Counted from the whole stretch's first letter, positions 50,601 to 62,790 are shown. The stretch is 63,574 nucleotides of DNA, filler included, from Lenisia limosa (GCA_001655205.1; 10 parts of 10 records of this genome joined end to end with filler, not necessarily neighbours in it), one strand, 5' to 3'. Program-made: numbers and translations. Notes: generated by a model not told the origin, from the letters alone.

Positions 50601-53369
50601 ACGATCCAACTAATCATCAAAAAATGAATCGTATCGGATTTTTGAGTTGCGTTAATTTGAGTTGTGTTTTATTAATACGACAAAAGCTACTCTTTCGGCA
50701 AAAAAAAAGACTGAAATTTGAATAAATCTTCGATAAACACTGACAATTCACCCGTCTTTTTGGCCCTGAAGTGAAGCACTGCTTGGACTAGCATACCTGA
50801 GCATAGGCTTGAGGCCGCTTATCATGCATGGAGTCTTGCGGGGAACTACATTGTCACAAGTTACAACGATATCCAAATGAAAATAATATCGGGAGCCACG
50901 TTAATGTAACACAGGATTTAATGTAAATTCATCAAATCACTTGCCTCACAACCACTGCTTTGTCGAATTTCGAAACAGAAAATGTTGTAAAAGTTATCCA
51001 AATTGAATAGAACCAACCAGGCTGAAGGGGCAGTTTTTCGTAGAGGGAAGGCGCATCAAAAGCCTGTAATATTATTTTATTGATAAAGAGCAATGAGAAA
51101 TAAAAAACAATAAGGATGTATCAGACCGAAGCCGTCCACACCATCACAAAATTTATACACTCAGCCTGACAACTCTGTACCATTAGAAAAAGAGGGAGGG
51201 AGAAGCAAAAGTGGCAAAAATGAACAGCCAAGACATGTACAGAGTTGATGGACCAAGAAATCCCTCCAACGACATCCTCCAATTCATCACTGCTCCAATT
51301 CAGCACTGTTGTTCCAACGACATCCTCCAAATCATCACTGTCCTTCCAACCACATCCTCCAATTCATCGTTGTCGTCAGTAAGGGTATCAAAGTAATGCA
51401 ACGTCTTGTTCAAAAGCTCGGTGCTTCCATTGCTGGATTTCAGGTCCAATGTGCTGCTATCTGGACTGACAAGACAATTGAATCCCTAAAAACGTAAATG
51501 GTCATGGAAAATGGGATGGACAAAAGAGAAAAGAATTTCAATCAACAAAGAAGCATGAATAACCAAAATCGAAAGCCCTCCAGACGGTCCATAGGGATTC
51601 ACTTCGGTTCGAAAAAAAAAAGACTAAATTTCTCGATAAATCCTCGAAAACTATCGATATTTTCCCGAACCGAAGTGAAGCTTGAATGGTCCAAGCCGAC
51701 CTCTTTCGTTATGTCGAAGGTAAGTACAGCTGAGTACCGCCCTAATCTGTGTTAGTTCGTCCAATGGCTATAGTAAAGAAATGAGAAACAAATATTGGAT
51801 TCTTGTATTACTAATGATTGCATACGCTGCTCAAAAAACTCAATTTCTTAGAAAGTCCTCAAATAAACCACAGATAACAAAACACTATGTAGAAATAGAT
51901 TCCATTTACATGTTATTAGGGCTTCCCTATGGTCTCGATAAATATCGATATTTAAACGGTCTTTTCGGATCGTAGGGAAGCCCTACATATTACACACCAT
52001 CATCAGCCTAACATCTCCATGTTAACACCAACAACAAGCCTCCCACCATCCTGCTCCTTGAATGTGGCGAAATGTACCACCAAGAGAAGATCAGAAACAA
52101 GGCGAAAGAAAGCCGCTTTAATGCTTGGCTACAGGAATCTAAGAGTGGTCGAACAAAAGACTCGTTTCAGCACTTGCAATCAAGGTATTTTAGCTGACTG
52201 AAATTCTTATATTTCCTTTTCATCATGCATATTCCTTCATATTCCAATGGTTATAGACCTACAGCCCTTCAATCAATATAATCCTTCAAAATCTCTAGTC
52301 TTAGATGCCCCAAGTCACTCACCGGTATTCCCAGGTCTACTGGCGTCTTCGTGTTTTCATAGCAAATGTACGTGCTGATTTGACCCCGAGCTTTCTTCTC
52401 AAAAACCAAGGGGGTGTAAATGACCTACAACAATGTAAAAAAATGGAGGGCTTCTGCTTCTCTAGAAAGGAATAACTAAAACTGTTTTAGGTATGATAAA
52501 CAAGGATATCCTGCCGAAATAATAGCAATAACAAGATTGTATCGGACACTGTTCGGATGGTAGGGAAGCCGACCACATATCCCAAGCCGAACCCACATCA
52601 GTCGGGTCTGGGTCCAATACCACAGCGACGGCAAGTCGGAACTCCCCGGCCGGAACTAGGGCGTGACGTCTGAGTACGGTAGCGCAGCGGTCGATGTCAT
52701 TATCTGCGGAGTAAGGTATGGTGTGCGGATACTATTCAGTGGTAATCAGCTGAAGTTTTTAACTTAGAAATTATCTTGGTATACATACATTCCCATCAGA
52801 AAAGCAAACAGCCAAAGTGTTTTTGTTGGGTTTAATTGAAAAAGTACATCTAGCTCCTCAGAAAAAACCAGTTTTTTGATGAATCAGGAGTTTTGTTTGT
52901 TTATCCACTTATTCACTCAAAAAGAGGCAACTACTCAACCATCACTTTTCTTCTAGATCAGGTGGGATAGACTTACTAACAACAAATAAACATAAATTCA
53001 ACTCTCAACACTTAAAAAGGCCATTGAAAAATAAATTGCAGTAAGTCTCTTGCTGACAGAAGGATTTGAAGTAACCATCATAAAAAGCGCTTCAATACCA
53101 CCTCAATACCCCTCCAACTTGTCTCATCTTCAAGTTCATGCGGCAACGACGTGAAAAAGGCCACCACTCTGTTTCTTGATCGTGATTCATGAAGGGGGAA
53201 ATGGGAGTAAGAGTTGTATGTGGCTTCTCACAACAAAAATAGCTCTATAAGACAACTTTGCACCGGCTAACCTGATAGGCCTCCATTGGTAAGCTCGAAC
53301 CGGCAAAGGAGCCCTTGGAAAAGCCGATCCAAGGCGTTGCGGCCTGTTAACTTTGCGAAATGAGGACAT
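47700..53369 (-). CDS. SHPRH: SNF2 helicase / PHD / RING E3 ligase SHPRH, N-terminal half (3' truncated by the linker)
   Basis: Start MSSFRKVNRPQRL; CREYQAEAVDWMMVRE...LWWSPVTG|QLARKP...RGGILAEEMG|LGKTVEVLASI (helicase motif I); PHD LLCSCADTSTDNLKYCLSCEGVFHEKCV; TRGTLIIVP|PIRDQWHEEIIKHV (motif Ia). A PHD inserted between motifs I and Ia is characteristic of SHPRH. Confidence 0.85.
47895..47973. mobile_element. Tc1/mariner-type MITE
   Basis: TA-CAGTGGTCGGGAAGTCTTGACC ... AAGACTTATCACGGTCACTG-TA. Confidence 0.8.
48088..48200. mobile_element. hAT-type MITE with an internal duplication
   Basis: Perfect TIR; aaaatatcgatattt occurs twice internally; no clear TSD. Confidence 0.9.
48274..48372. mobile_element. 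hAT-type MITE, core in the opposite orientation to the 48088 copy
   Basis: Flanks ctgaagag / ctaaagag (7/8). Confidence 0.9.
48701..48744. repeat. 21-bp tandem duplication at a splice donor
   Basis: taatggtaccaaacaccagcc x2, abutting the donor of the SHPRH PHD exon. Confidence 0.9.
48899..48950. mobile_element. hAT-type MITE, left part deleted
   Basis: tag-aaaactatcgat...aaccgaagtgaagcccta; flanks agcgcgag / agcgcaaa (6/8). Confidence 0.75.
49306..49363. mobile_element. hAT-type MITE, 58-bp deletion derivative
   Basis: Left TIR intact; perfect TSD gaaatgag. Confidence 0.88.
50287..50380. mobile_element. hAT-type MITE
   Basis: Near-perfect TIRs; perfect TSD gaaacaag. Confidence 0.93.
50682..50780. 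mobile_element. hAT-type MITE, degenerate
   Basis: ttcggcaaaaaaaaagactgaaattt...ctgaagtgaagcact. Confidence 0.6.
51086..51147 (+). mobile_element. Family-2 dispersed repeat head
   Basis: agcaatgagaaataaaaaacaataaggatgtatcagaccgaagccgtccacaccatcac. Confidence 0.8.
51265..51368. repeat. Three copies of a ~28-bp unit containing an exon end and donor
   Basis: tccaac(g/c)acatcctccaa(t/a)tcatc x3; on the minus strand GATGAATTGGAGGAT|GT. Confidence 0.8.
51592..51685. mobile_element. hAT-type MITE
   Basis: Flanks acggtcca / atggtcca (7/8). Confidence 0.88.
51917..51985. mobile_element. hAT-type MITE (subfamily B)
   Basis: TAGGGCTTCCCTATGGTC...GATCGTAGGGAAGCCCTA; flanks catgttat / catattac (6/8). 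Confidence 0.9.
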
Positions 53370-53745
53370 TGTCCTGCCAATAATGGGTAACTTCCACAAT
53401 TACATCTTAGAGAGAGCACAGCTTTGAGATTTTGGGCTGATTGTAGTCTATTGACAAATATTCTGGAATAATTAGATGTTTTCAGTTGTTACTATTATAC
53501 AAATAAATTCAAATTATGATTATTATTTGTTCAAAAAGTTCAAAGAATGACACCATGTAACTAATGTAAACCGTTTTTATGAATTTTCGCCGCCCAACTC
53601 CTTAAATAGCAAGAGATTCATTGAGAGATTTAAAGTCAGTGCACTATAATACACCCTTTAGTTGATGGTAGCACGCTAAACCCGTCTGTTACACTTTCAC
53701 GTAAATCGCAGTGCTGACCAGCCTGGTCCCTCTCGGCCGATCAGC
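53370..53745. promoter_or_regulatory. Probable bidirectional promoter between SHPRH and POLE2
   Basis: 376 bp separate the two divergent start codons; positional inference only. Confidence 0.55.
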
Positions 53746-55058
53746 ATGAATAAACAGATTGTAGACCGCTTCAGGTTCAAGCGGATGACGCTTGACGGCG
53801 AGGCGCTGCGCTACCTCTCCGAAGTGCTCAAGGTAACCGCCAAATCTCAGCTTTGTGTTCCCACGACCCTCCTGGCTTTGCTTCGCTTCTTTATCTGGAA
53901 TTACCCCAATAATGATGGAAAATTAATCGTTTTTTTCACAATTTTTGAGATAACCGAGTGTTGTGTTTATTTTTGCTACATTTCTTTGAGTGTTGTTGTT
54001 ACGCCTGAATAATGGTGACCCTAAGCACATAATGAGCAGACAAAACTCAATACCCCTGCTTTCTCATTTGCTTTCATTCTGCTTATTTCCATTATCTTCA
54101 ATACCGTGGAAGGCTTTGGCCGGATAAAACTGTTTATTATGACATTGATATTCCTTTTTTTCATTTCATATCACTTTCAGAGTTATCGTTGTATGATATC
54201 TCATTCCACTTTTGTGTTAGTTGACCGACAGGTCCCAATGATACTTTGATACACTCGGGATGAACCCACTCATGGATATGAGGCAGCATTTCCTTGTATT
54301 ATCAGTCAAACTTGTCTGACTACTTATCACTCGAACTTGTGATATCTCATTCCACTTTTGTGTTAGTTGACCGACAGGTCCCAATGATACTCTGATACAC
54401 TCGGGATGAACCCACTCATGGATACGAGGCAACATTTCCTTGTATTATCAGTCGAACCTGTCTGACTACTTATCACTCGAACTTGTCTGACTACTTAGAA
54501 CCAAGAAGACCCGAAATGGGTGTTCAATAAGGTGATAGACTACTGCCAAATGCATAAGGGTAAGGATCGACTCTGTTGGTCATCAGAATAATCAGAATTA
54601 AAATTCAACATCACTAAATTTTTTCCCGACAGTATATTCAAACGTAGGATGAGTGATAGGCATTTGTTAGGTAGACTATATTGACAATCTTTGAGAAGTT
54701 TCGAACTTCTGTATACCCAGGCCTACTCATAAGTGCTTTTTGATTGGCAAGAATAGGAATTGGGAGTAATGTGAAGAAGGAGGAAAATTCGAACAAAGTA
54801 GCTGTGCTTAGAGAATTAAACTGCTTTTTAAACCGTTTTTTTTTTTGCTTTTTGCGTGCTTTAATTGCAAAGAAACACCATTATTAACCTTGTAGATGGA
54901 AGCAGTATCCCTTTGTCAATGATTGAAGCAGCTATCAGCATGTTGATGCATGGAGAGGTCGGGGGGATGTGATAGTATGCTGGTATTAAATTGGTGAATA
55001 ATTGATGCTATTTTGCAGAATAGGGATAGCATCCCAGACGCTGGAGTGATAGGATGTG
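53746..55058 (+). CDS. POLE2: DNA polymerase epsilon subunit B, N-terminal exons (3' truncated)
   Basis: 53746-53832 MNKQIVDRFRFKRMTLDGEALRYLSEVLK | 54499-54559 NQEDPKWVFNKVIDYCQMHK | 54896-54957 DGSSIPLSMIEAAISMLMHGE. Phases are compatible and the sequence matches the POLE2 N-terminal helical domain pattern (F.L....L..EA..YL.E.L ... I..A). Confidence 0.7.
54194..54497. repeat. 146-bp tandem duplication in POLE2 intron 1
   Basis: tgatatctcattccacttttgtgttagttgaccgacagg...tatcactcgaacttgt starts at 54194 and 54340 with few mismatches; a short third partial copy supplies the exon-2 acceptor. Confidence 0.92.
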
Positions 55059-55319
55059 GTGTTGCACTGGGCTTTGTTTGATGCTGAAGTGATGGGATGC
55101 GGTGCTGNNNNNNNNNNNNNNNNNNNNNNNNNNNNNNNNNNNNNNNNNNNNTTAATTAATTAANNNNNNNNNNNNNNNNNNNNNNNNNNNNNNNNNNNNN
55201 NNNNNNNAATGGGAAAAAAAAAAATCAAGGTTGACTATATCGATATGTATACTATATATATAGTATGATATATACTGTATAAACAGATGCAAAACTGCTA
55301 ATTTTGAAACTAAAACGTC

Positions 55320-57969
55320 TGAAATTAACTCCAAAGTAGTCCTCCCACTCACGTTTTACTTTTACCCCGATCGGCACCAAAAGGGGAGTTGCTCTACACT
55401 ATTAGAAAACGGGAAAAGGGGTGGGTAAATCCACCAATATTCATATTTGCATGAAAATTAAAAGTTTAAATTATTATTTCAATTTACGTATTTTCATTCA
55501 TGCTTTAGTCCTACCCAACACCAACCTCGCGACCGTTAAAAGAAAGATCAGGTGACAAGGGACGGGGGAATCTGCTGGATTTACACTTTGGATTTTAAAT
55601 GCGAGGGGAAACAAAAAAAGNNNNNNNNNNNNNNNNNNNNNNNNNNNNNNNNNNNNNNNNNNNNNNNNNNNNNNNNNNNNNNNNNNNNNNNNNNNNNNNN
55701 NNNNNNNNNNNNNNNNNNNNNNNNNNNNNCTATCAGAAGCTGATTTTAAAATACTACAACAATAATAACCAATAGTGAAACTCAACAATAAACAATTGAA
55801 AAAAATACAACAAGGCCCTTGGATTATTATAATACTCAGTCAAAAAAGAACAATCATATTAACAAAAGAAATAATGTATGAAACAAATAAAGCTGACCAA
55901 AAATATCAAATTTAGAGTGAAATAGAGCCCTTACATACGCAGAAGTATCATCATCCGAGTCAGAGAGCTGGATAAATTAGAGGCATTTTAACAGGGAAAA
56001 TGCAACGACGGTGCATTCAGTTAAAGAAGTATCGACCATCTCAGGTTAAAAAACNNNNNNNNNNNNNNNNNNNNNNNNNNNNNNNNNNNNNNNNNNNNNN
56101 NNNNNNNNNNNNNNNNNNNNNNNNNNNNNNNNNNNNNNNNNNNNNNNNNNNNNNNNNNNNNNNNNNNNNNNNNNNNNNNNNCTGGCGATCCAGCTTGTAG
56201 GAGGGTGTGCCGGCAGCGGCTGGAGTGGTCGCACTGAAAAGGGTCGCTCGGAGGGCCTGGCAAACAAAGTAAGAATTTGAAGATAGGAGGACGGTCTCAG
56301 ATTTACTTTTGTGATGTGTGTATGTATGTATGTATGTCTATGTATGCGTGTGTGTGTGTATGTATGTACAAGTATGTCTATGTGTGTGCGTGTGTATGTC
56401 TTTGTATGTGTGTGTGTATGTATGTACATGTACATGTATGTCTATGTGTGTGTGTGTGTGTGTGGGTGTAACAATAAAATGATAAAACCGCGATTTCAAT
56501 CAACCTAGTTATTCTAATCGTGTGAAAATTTCAAAATGGGCCCATACCTTGGGCATAGTCAGGGGGCTATTGGAGAGAATATTAATCCACTGTTTATGAC
56601 AGAGACGCCTTGTTGCTGGAGGGAGCCTGCCTGTGGAGGGTGAGTAAAGATGGATAATTTATGAAATACAAAAAAAGACAATGACACAATTATCGTTTAT
56701 TGTCGGCACCACTTACTCAGGAAGCAGAGTTCAATTGCTTTCAGCGCCTCTCCCACCAGCGCCATCTAAAAGGTCACAAGTGTAGCATTAGAATATCACT
56801 GTTTAGGTCATTTGTACAAGTGTGAACTGAAATATTTTCCACGCAGTGATGTGATGATACCTCTGCAAAATTTGAAATGCTAAGATCCATTTGAAACTTT
56901 AATTTCACATTATGTCAATAAATTACTTCAAAAATTGTATCAAATCAAGCGCATACCTGCCACGAGTTGTCCGAACCCATGAGGAGGGAGGCATATTTCC
57001 TGTTCTTTACTTCGTCTAAGTTGTCTGCAGATATGCCGATTCTTGATGAAACGGACGACATCACCGACAACAGCTTGGTAAGGCTCTGCAATATTAGATT
57101 TTCGATGAAGCAGTTTTGGTAGTATCAGTTCAAAAAATAATATGCGTTTATTTTATGAAACGCAGGAATATGAGAAAAAAAAAACAAACAAAAGGCTGTT
57201 TCGGTAGTATGAGTTTATTTTATAAATAGTAGAAAACAGAGAAATTTTGTGAAGAATAACATGAGCTACCTAAAGCTTACCACCCCCCCACTTTGTTGTG
57301 AGACGCAAGGCCATATCGCGAGGCTTGAACCTGAATGAATTGTTATATATACAGTACATGTATACATGAATCTCGAAACATATATATATGTATTAACTGG
57401 TTTTTCCTTAAGGGGGAGGAGGACTTGACGGAATTAGGAATAATTGCTGAATTTTGGAAACAATTTTCTACAAACTTGAATAAAAAGTTTCCCTGATATA
57501 TCCACGATAAATTCTCAGAAAATATCCAAATCTTCAATATTGGTAATACAAATAAATCAAGGTAAATTCTCCTGAAAACGATAGTTGTCGATAAATACCC
57601 CTCTCCCACATAATGTACCTCCCCCTGCAATATACGATCCTAGTTTCAATAGAGACATAACAGAAAAAAAAAAAAACAAACAAAACAAAAACAAAAACAA
57701 AATAATAATAATAATAATAAAAACAAAACAAAAAACAACAAATACCCCTGCCCCCCACTCGAAGAATGTCATCCTCCACAACTTGAAGGTTCATTTCTAG
57801 CTCCGCAAGCTGGCGAGTGAGCATTTATAATTGCCACATAAGGAAGGTGTGCTATTATAATTGCCAAATTGAAGGCTGAGTATTTGCAGTCGGCAATACC
57901 ACGTTTTTACCCCCCCCCCCCACCTTGGCCTTCTTTTGCGCCAATGCGCGTTCAGACGCCTGCAACTTA
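55320..57969 (-). CDS. Coiled-coil protein fragment (internal exons)
   Basis: QASERALAQKKAK|LAELEMNLQVVEDDILR|VQASRYGLASHNK|SLTKLLSVMSSVSSRIGI...SWQ|MALVGEALKAIELCFL|..., all GT-AG bounded and phase-compatible. Confidence 0.6.
56311..56464. repeat. Mixed (TG)n/(TATG)n microsatellite
   Basis: Directly visible; intronic. Confidence 0.95.
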
Positions 57970-58188
57970 NNNNNNNNNNNNNNNNNNNNNNNNNNNNNNN
58001 NNNNNNNNNNNNNTTAATTAATTAANNNNNNNNNNNNNNNNNNNNNNNNNNNNNNNNNNNNNNNNNNNNTCAACTATACTTATTGCAATTTTTGCCTCCT
58101 ATTCACGATGTGACTGGATAAAGTGCTGGTATTACCTTTTTTTATATTTTTTTTTTATTATCTGTTTTGTTAAACCCTCTCCTCGCAG

Positions 58189-59845
58189 AACGCAGTTATC
58201 GGACTTCAGCAGAACGTTGATTGAACCGTCCACGTCACAGTCCTCCTATCTACTCCCGGATTTAACCCCTCTCAATGCATCGTCACCACAATCGGAGCAA
58301 ATATCTTACCAAACCGCACCTTCCCAATCCCAAAATCACTCAGAAGCCCAAATCGATCCTCACAATGAGCCAAGCGATTCTGCAACCCAGGGTTCCCAAA
58401 ATGCCCAAAACCACTCTGTTGTTGCCCATCCACTCTCCCACCACACATCCTACAATATTCCCGAGTCTACGGACACGGGGTCTTCATTTTCGTCACGTTT
58501 GAACAGCAGTCAGCACCAGCAAAATGATCGAAATGAGGTTTGAGGTTACATTGTGAAAATATGGTGATATTTGAATAAATGCATATCGAGAAATTCGGTC
58601 TTTTCTTGGACTGTAGTATATTGTCAACATTAAATTAAATAAAACTATTAGCACTCTTAGCTACTAATAGAATGGGGCCTTGAGAATTACATTCTCTCTA
58701 CTGATTTAACTTGATGTTTCCAGGAGCCTTTAACAGAAAGCTCTCTGCATGCATCACCTCCCAAAAATGACGCGAAAGGTGGGGGTATAATGTCGAACAT
58801 AGTTAAGTATTTCGGTTATTTTCACTTCTAAAACAGGATGTTCTTCTCTGGTTTCTTAATTATTTTCAGAAAGCCTCCTCCAGAAGAACTATGATGCTCT
58901 CCTCACTATGATTGAGGTTGGGGAGGGGGATAAGAGCTTCATTTTGGTCGTCAAAGACTATATGATGTGAAACAGATCTCCTGGTGTTAGTGCAAGTGAC
59001 CACTCAATTTTGTCAAAAATTTGGCGTAAAAATATCACTTTAAATTTCGGATCTATATGCTGACGTTTCAGAGAGACAATAGGCATCGTGAGAGGTTGCA
59101 GGAAGAGCTGCAAATGACTAGGATGGCAGCCGCTGAGGTGAGGATTCCTACGTGCTATATCTCCTTCCACACAATATTCACCCTCATAATCTTACCCTGG
59201 GTGCTTCGTGGTCCTGTTTGGGNNNNNNNNNNNNNNNNNNNNNNNNNNNNNNNNNNNNNNNNNNNNNNNNNNNNNNNNNNNNNNNNNNNNNNNNNNNNNN
59301 NNNNNNNNNNNNNNNNNNNNNNNNNNNNNNNNNNNNNNNNNNNNNNNNNNNNNNNNNNNNNNNNNNNNNNNNNNNNNNNNNNNNNNNNATTGGGCCTCCC
59401 CCGTACCCCCTGCCATATTCCTACTCCCCTCTAGGCAGCTTCCACATACGAACTCGAGATTATTGACCTGAAGAGGGACAAAGCCGAGCTCAAAAGGGCC
59501 CTCAGAGTAAATAAAAACGTTAGGACTTGGGGGTAAGGCACACAGGAAGCGGTGTTAGCAGAGTTATTGGACATTTGATTGGGTGAAATAATATAATACA
59601 AAAATCCAATTTAATATTAGAGTGGTGTGGACTGGACGGGTCTAGTTAAATATTGTCTAGTCCAATGCAACGTCACCCCCCCCCCCTGTAGGAGTCGGCC
59701 ATGGACATGATTGAGCGCTATCAAAACGACATTGATACACTTGAGGCTGCCCTTCACCAGAGCAAGTCTAGTGAAATGGACGTTCGGATGCAACTCGAGG
59801 CAGCGCTCGAGGAAATCAGCTCACACAATCTGGCGAAGGGAAAGT
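58189..59845 (+). CDS. Ser/Gln-rich plus coiled-coil protein fragment
   Basis: Long S/Q/P-rich exon 58189-58537, then EPLTESS..|ESLLQKNYDALLTMIE|RDNRHRERLQEELQMTRMAAAE|AASTYELEIIDLKRDKAELKRALR|ESAMDMIERYQNDIDTLEAAL. Confidence 0.65.
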
Positions 59846-60006
59846 AGGGGGGGGGGGGATTCACCTCCCTTCTTTGTTTTATTTCTCATCTCTATATAGT
59901 ATATCANNNNNNNNNNNNNNNNNNNNNNNNNNNNNNNNNNNNNNNNNNNNTTAATTAATTAANNNNNNNNNNNNNNNNNNNNNNNNNNNNNNNNNNNNNN
60001 NNNNNN

Positions 60007-60065
60007 CTCCCCATCACTCTTCTTAGAGTGTCATACCCCTCCCCATCACTCTTCTTAGAGTGTCA
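60007..60065. repeat. 32-bp tandem duplication spanning a splice acceptor
   Basis: ctccccatcactcttcttag|agtgtcat x2. Confidence 0.85.
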
Positions 60066-61342
60066 TTTAACACCGCCTTCCTGGAAGCCAACGAACTTGT
60101 ACTCCCCCGGTCGCGCATTGATGGCGTACACAAAGACACTGACTTCGTGCGGTTCCCCCCAGACTTCACACTCACCGCCAACTTCCGCTCTCTAGATGAC
60201 CGTCTTAGTCGCGAGGAGGACGACTTGGTGGGCATTGTTAAATTGTTAACATGATTTTCATGGCATTCAGAGTCGTTTGTTTTTTTGTGTTGTTATTCTG
60301 TTTGGTTTTCCTGGGGGGGGGGNNNNNNNNNNNNNNNNNNNNNNNNNNNNNNNNNNNNNNNNNNNNNNNNNNNNNNNNNNNNNNNNNNNNNNNNAGCGTA
60401 ATTCATCTCATTGGTTACATATCCCGCTCTATTGTACCACAGCCATCAAGCTTATTCCATTCTCTGACCCTCTCCTCCCAGGACAATGACTTGCTTTTCC
60501 TGGCAGACGAAGTTTGGGGGGAGGGGATACTTCAATTTGAGACTTGTTTTCAACCCGTGCTGAGATGGTGCTTTGAGATTTCTTTTTAATATTAATATGA
60601 TGATATTTGACACTAAAGCTGATAAATCTGTTTTCGGAAATAGACAGTCTGTGATATCTTGTTTGTATTGTTATACTCATCCATAATGACACCTTTCAGG
60701 TGCGAGCAATATTCAAGCGGCATGGAGGAGTGATTGATGAGTCTTCGGTTGCGGAGACTTCCGTTCTCTCACCTTCGTCAATAGGTTGGTTGGAAGTAGC
60801 TACTACAGAAGCAAGAGAAGGAGGGAGTGCTGCAGAAGCAAGAGAAGAGGGGAATGCTGCGGAAGCAAGATAATTATATGTATTTGATATTGTGTTTCTG
60901 TAATTTATTAGATTATCCTATCATTGATCAATCACTTATAAGTTGCCTTTCACCACTTTAGCCAATAAGAAAACAGCCCCAATCCCTCGACGCTATATTC
61001 CATCTCCCACTGTCGCCCATTGCCTTGCTGGTACGAATCACTCTGTCATTGTTGATAACCTCAATAATGAAGGTCTTTTATTTTCCTTTTCAACTGAATT
61101 GCTACTGTGGTTTACCTTGGTAGCCCGTCGACCGGTTCCGGACCCAGCTTTCGAGATTCCGGACCGATCACCCAGCCCGGCCCTGAGGCCAGAACGGAGC
61201 TCGTCCCCGCAGGACCTAAGGACAGCAGACCAGTCTTCTCGCGAGTCTTTGCACCCGCCTCACTCGCGGCCGGGGTCAATATCACCCGCCAACTCCAATG
61301 AATGCCGAAGGGCTCGTAGGACTAATGTTGTGGAAGAGGTGG
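60059..61342 (+). CDS. Hypothetical protein fragment
   Basis: SFNTAFLEANELVLPRSRID...LSREEDDL|DNDLLFLADE|VRAIFKRHGGVIDESS...|ARRPVPDPAFEIPDRSPSP...NVVEE, phase-compatible. Confidence 0.55.
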
Positions 61343-61572
61343 GTAACAGCAATAAAAAAAATGGTATAGTCTATTTCGATCTTCATCCCTTGACACTTAG
61401 AGATCTGCAGCGTCCACTCCCGACTCCCTATTCTAATTATGTTTCTTTCTTCATGTATTTTAGAGTTTCTTGTATCAGCTGTTGGAATGTCGAGGGCATG
61501 ATCTCATTATCACCCATCATTCGAAAGTGAACAGAAATGGTCCCCCTCTCCAAGCATCATACATTACCGTAG

Positions 61573-62296
<724 letters not shown>

Positions 62297-62430
62297 CTGA
62301 AGTAATGAGATGGAAGCATCGAATGCANNNNNNNNNNNNNNNNNNNNNNNNNNNNNNNNNNNNNNNNNNNNTTAATTAATTAANNNNNNNNNNNNNNNNN
62401 NNNNNNNNNNNNNNNNNNNNNNNNNNNTAT

Positions 62431-62462
<32 letters not shown>

Positions 62463-62468
62463 TATCCA

Positions 62469-62536
62469 TAATGAACGGGATAATTTGCTATGTGATTTCC
62501 CAAGGAAAATAGGTCAAGACTTACCTGATCACTCTA
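62469..62536. mobile_element. Tc1/mariner-type MITE, left end partly deleted
   Basis: ...atttgctatgtgatttcccaaggaaaataGGTCAAGACTTACCTGATCACTC-TA. Confidence 0.7.
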
Positions 62537-62790
62537 CATGTACACAACGACTGGATTGAATGATATCGATACTTGTCGATGTTTTGCCGGTGTTTTGCCA
62601 TTGTTTTCATAACCGGAGTGAAGCTCTATGGATAAGGTTTTGCCCTTGACTAGGCTTTTCATTTGTTGGATTGACCACCCAGGACTTTTCTTTCCACGTT
62701 CGAATTGATGAGCCATCAGATGTTGGTCAGCCTCCGCGACCGTCCTTCAACTCTGTCGGGGGGTGGGGGGTGGGTCACGAAAGCTCTAAT

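Noticed and set aside
48088-51985. Recurrent palindromic ~25-bp sequence as a CRISPR array or bacterial REP
   Set aside because: The repeats occur as inverted pairs around a conserved core, are irregularly spaced inside spliceosomal introns and have 8-bp TSDs. There are no unique spacers or cas genes.
53583-53595. E2F-like site ttttcgccgc in the SHPRH/POLE2 spacer
   Set aside because: It is not an exact TTTSSCGC match and a motif this short is expected by chance.
56046-56508. HT- or VC-repeat ORFs
   Set aside because: They are translations of a (TG)n/(TATG)n microsatellite.
60481-60513. LLFLADEV as an alanine aminotransferase motif
   Set aside because: The V comes from the intron donor, and the flanking exons show no aminotransferase similarity.
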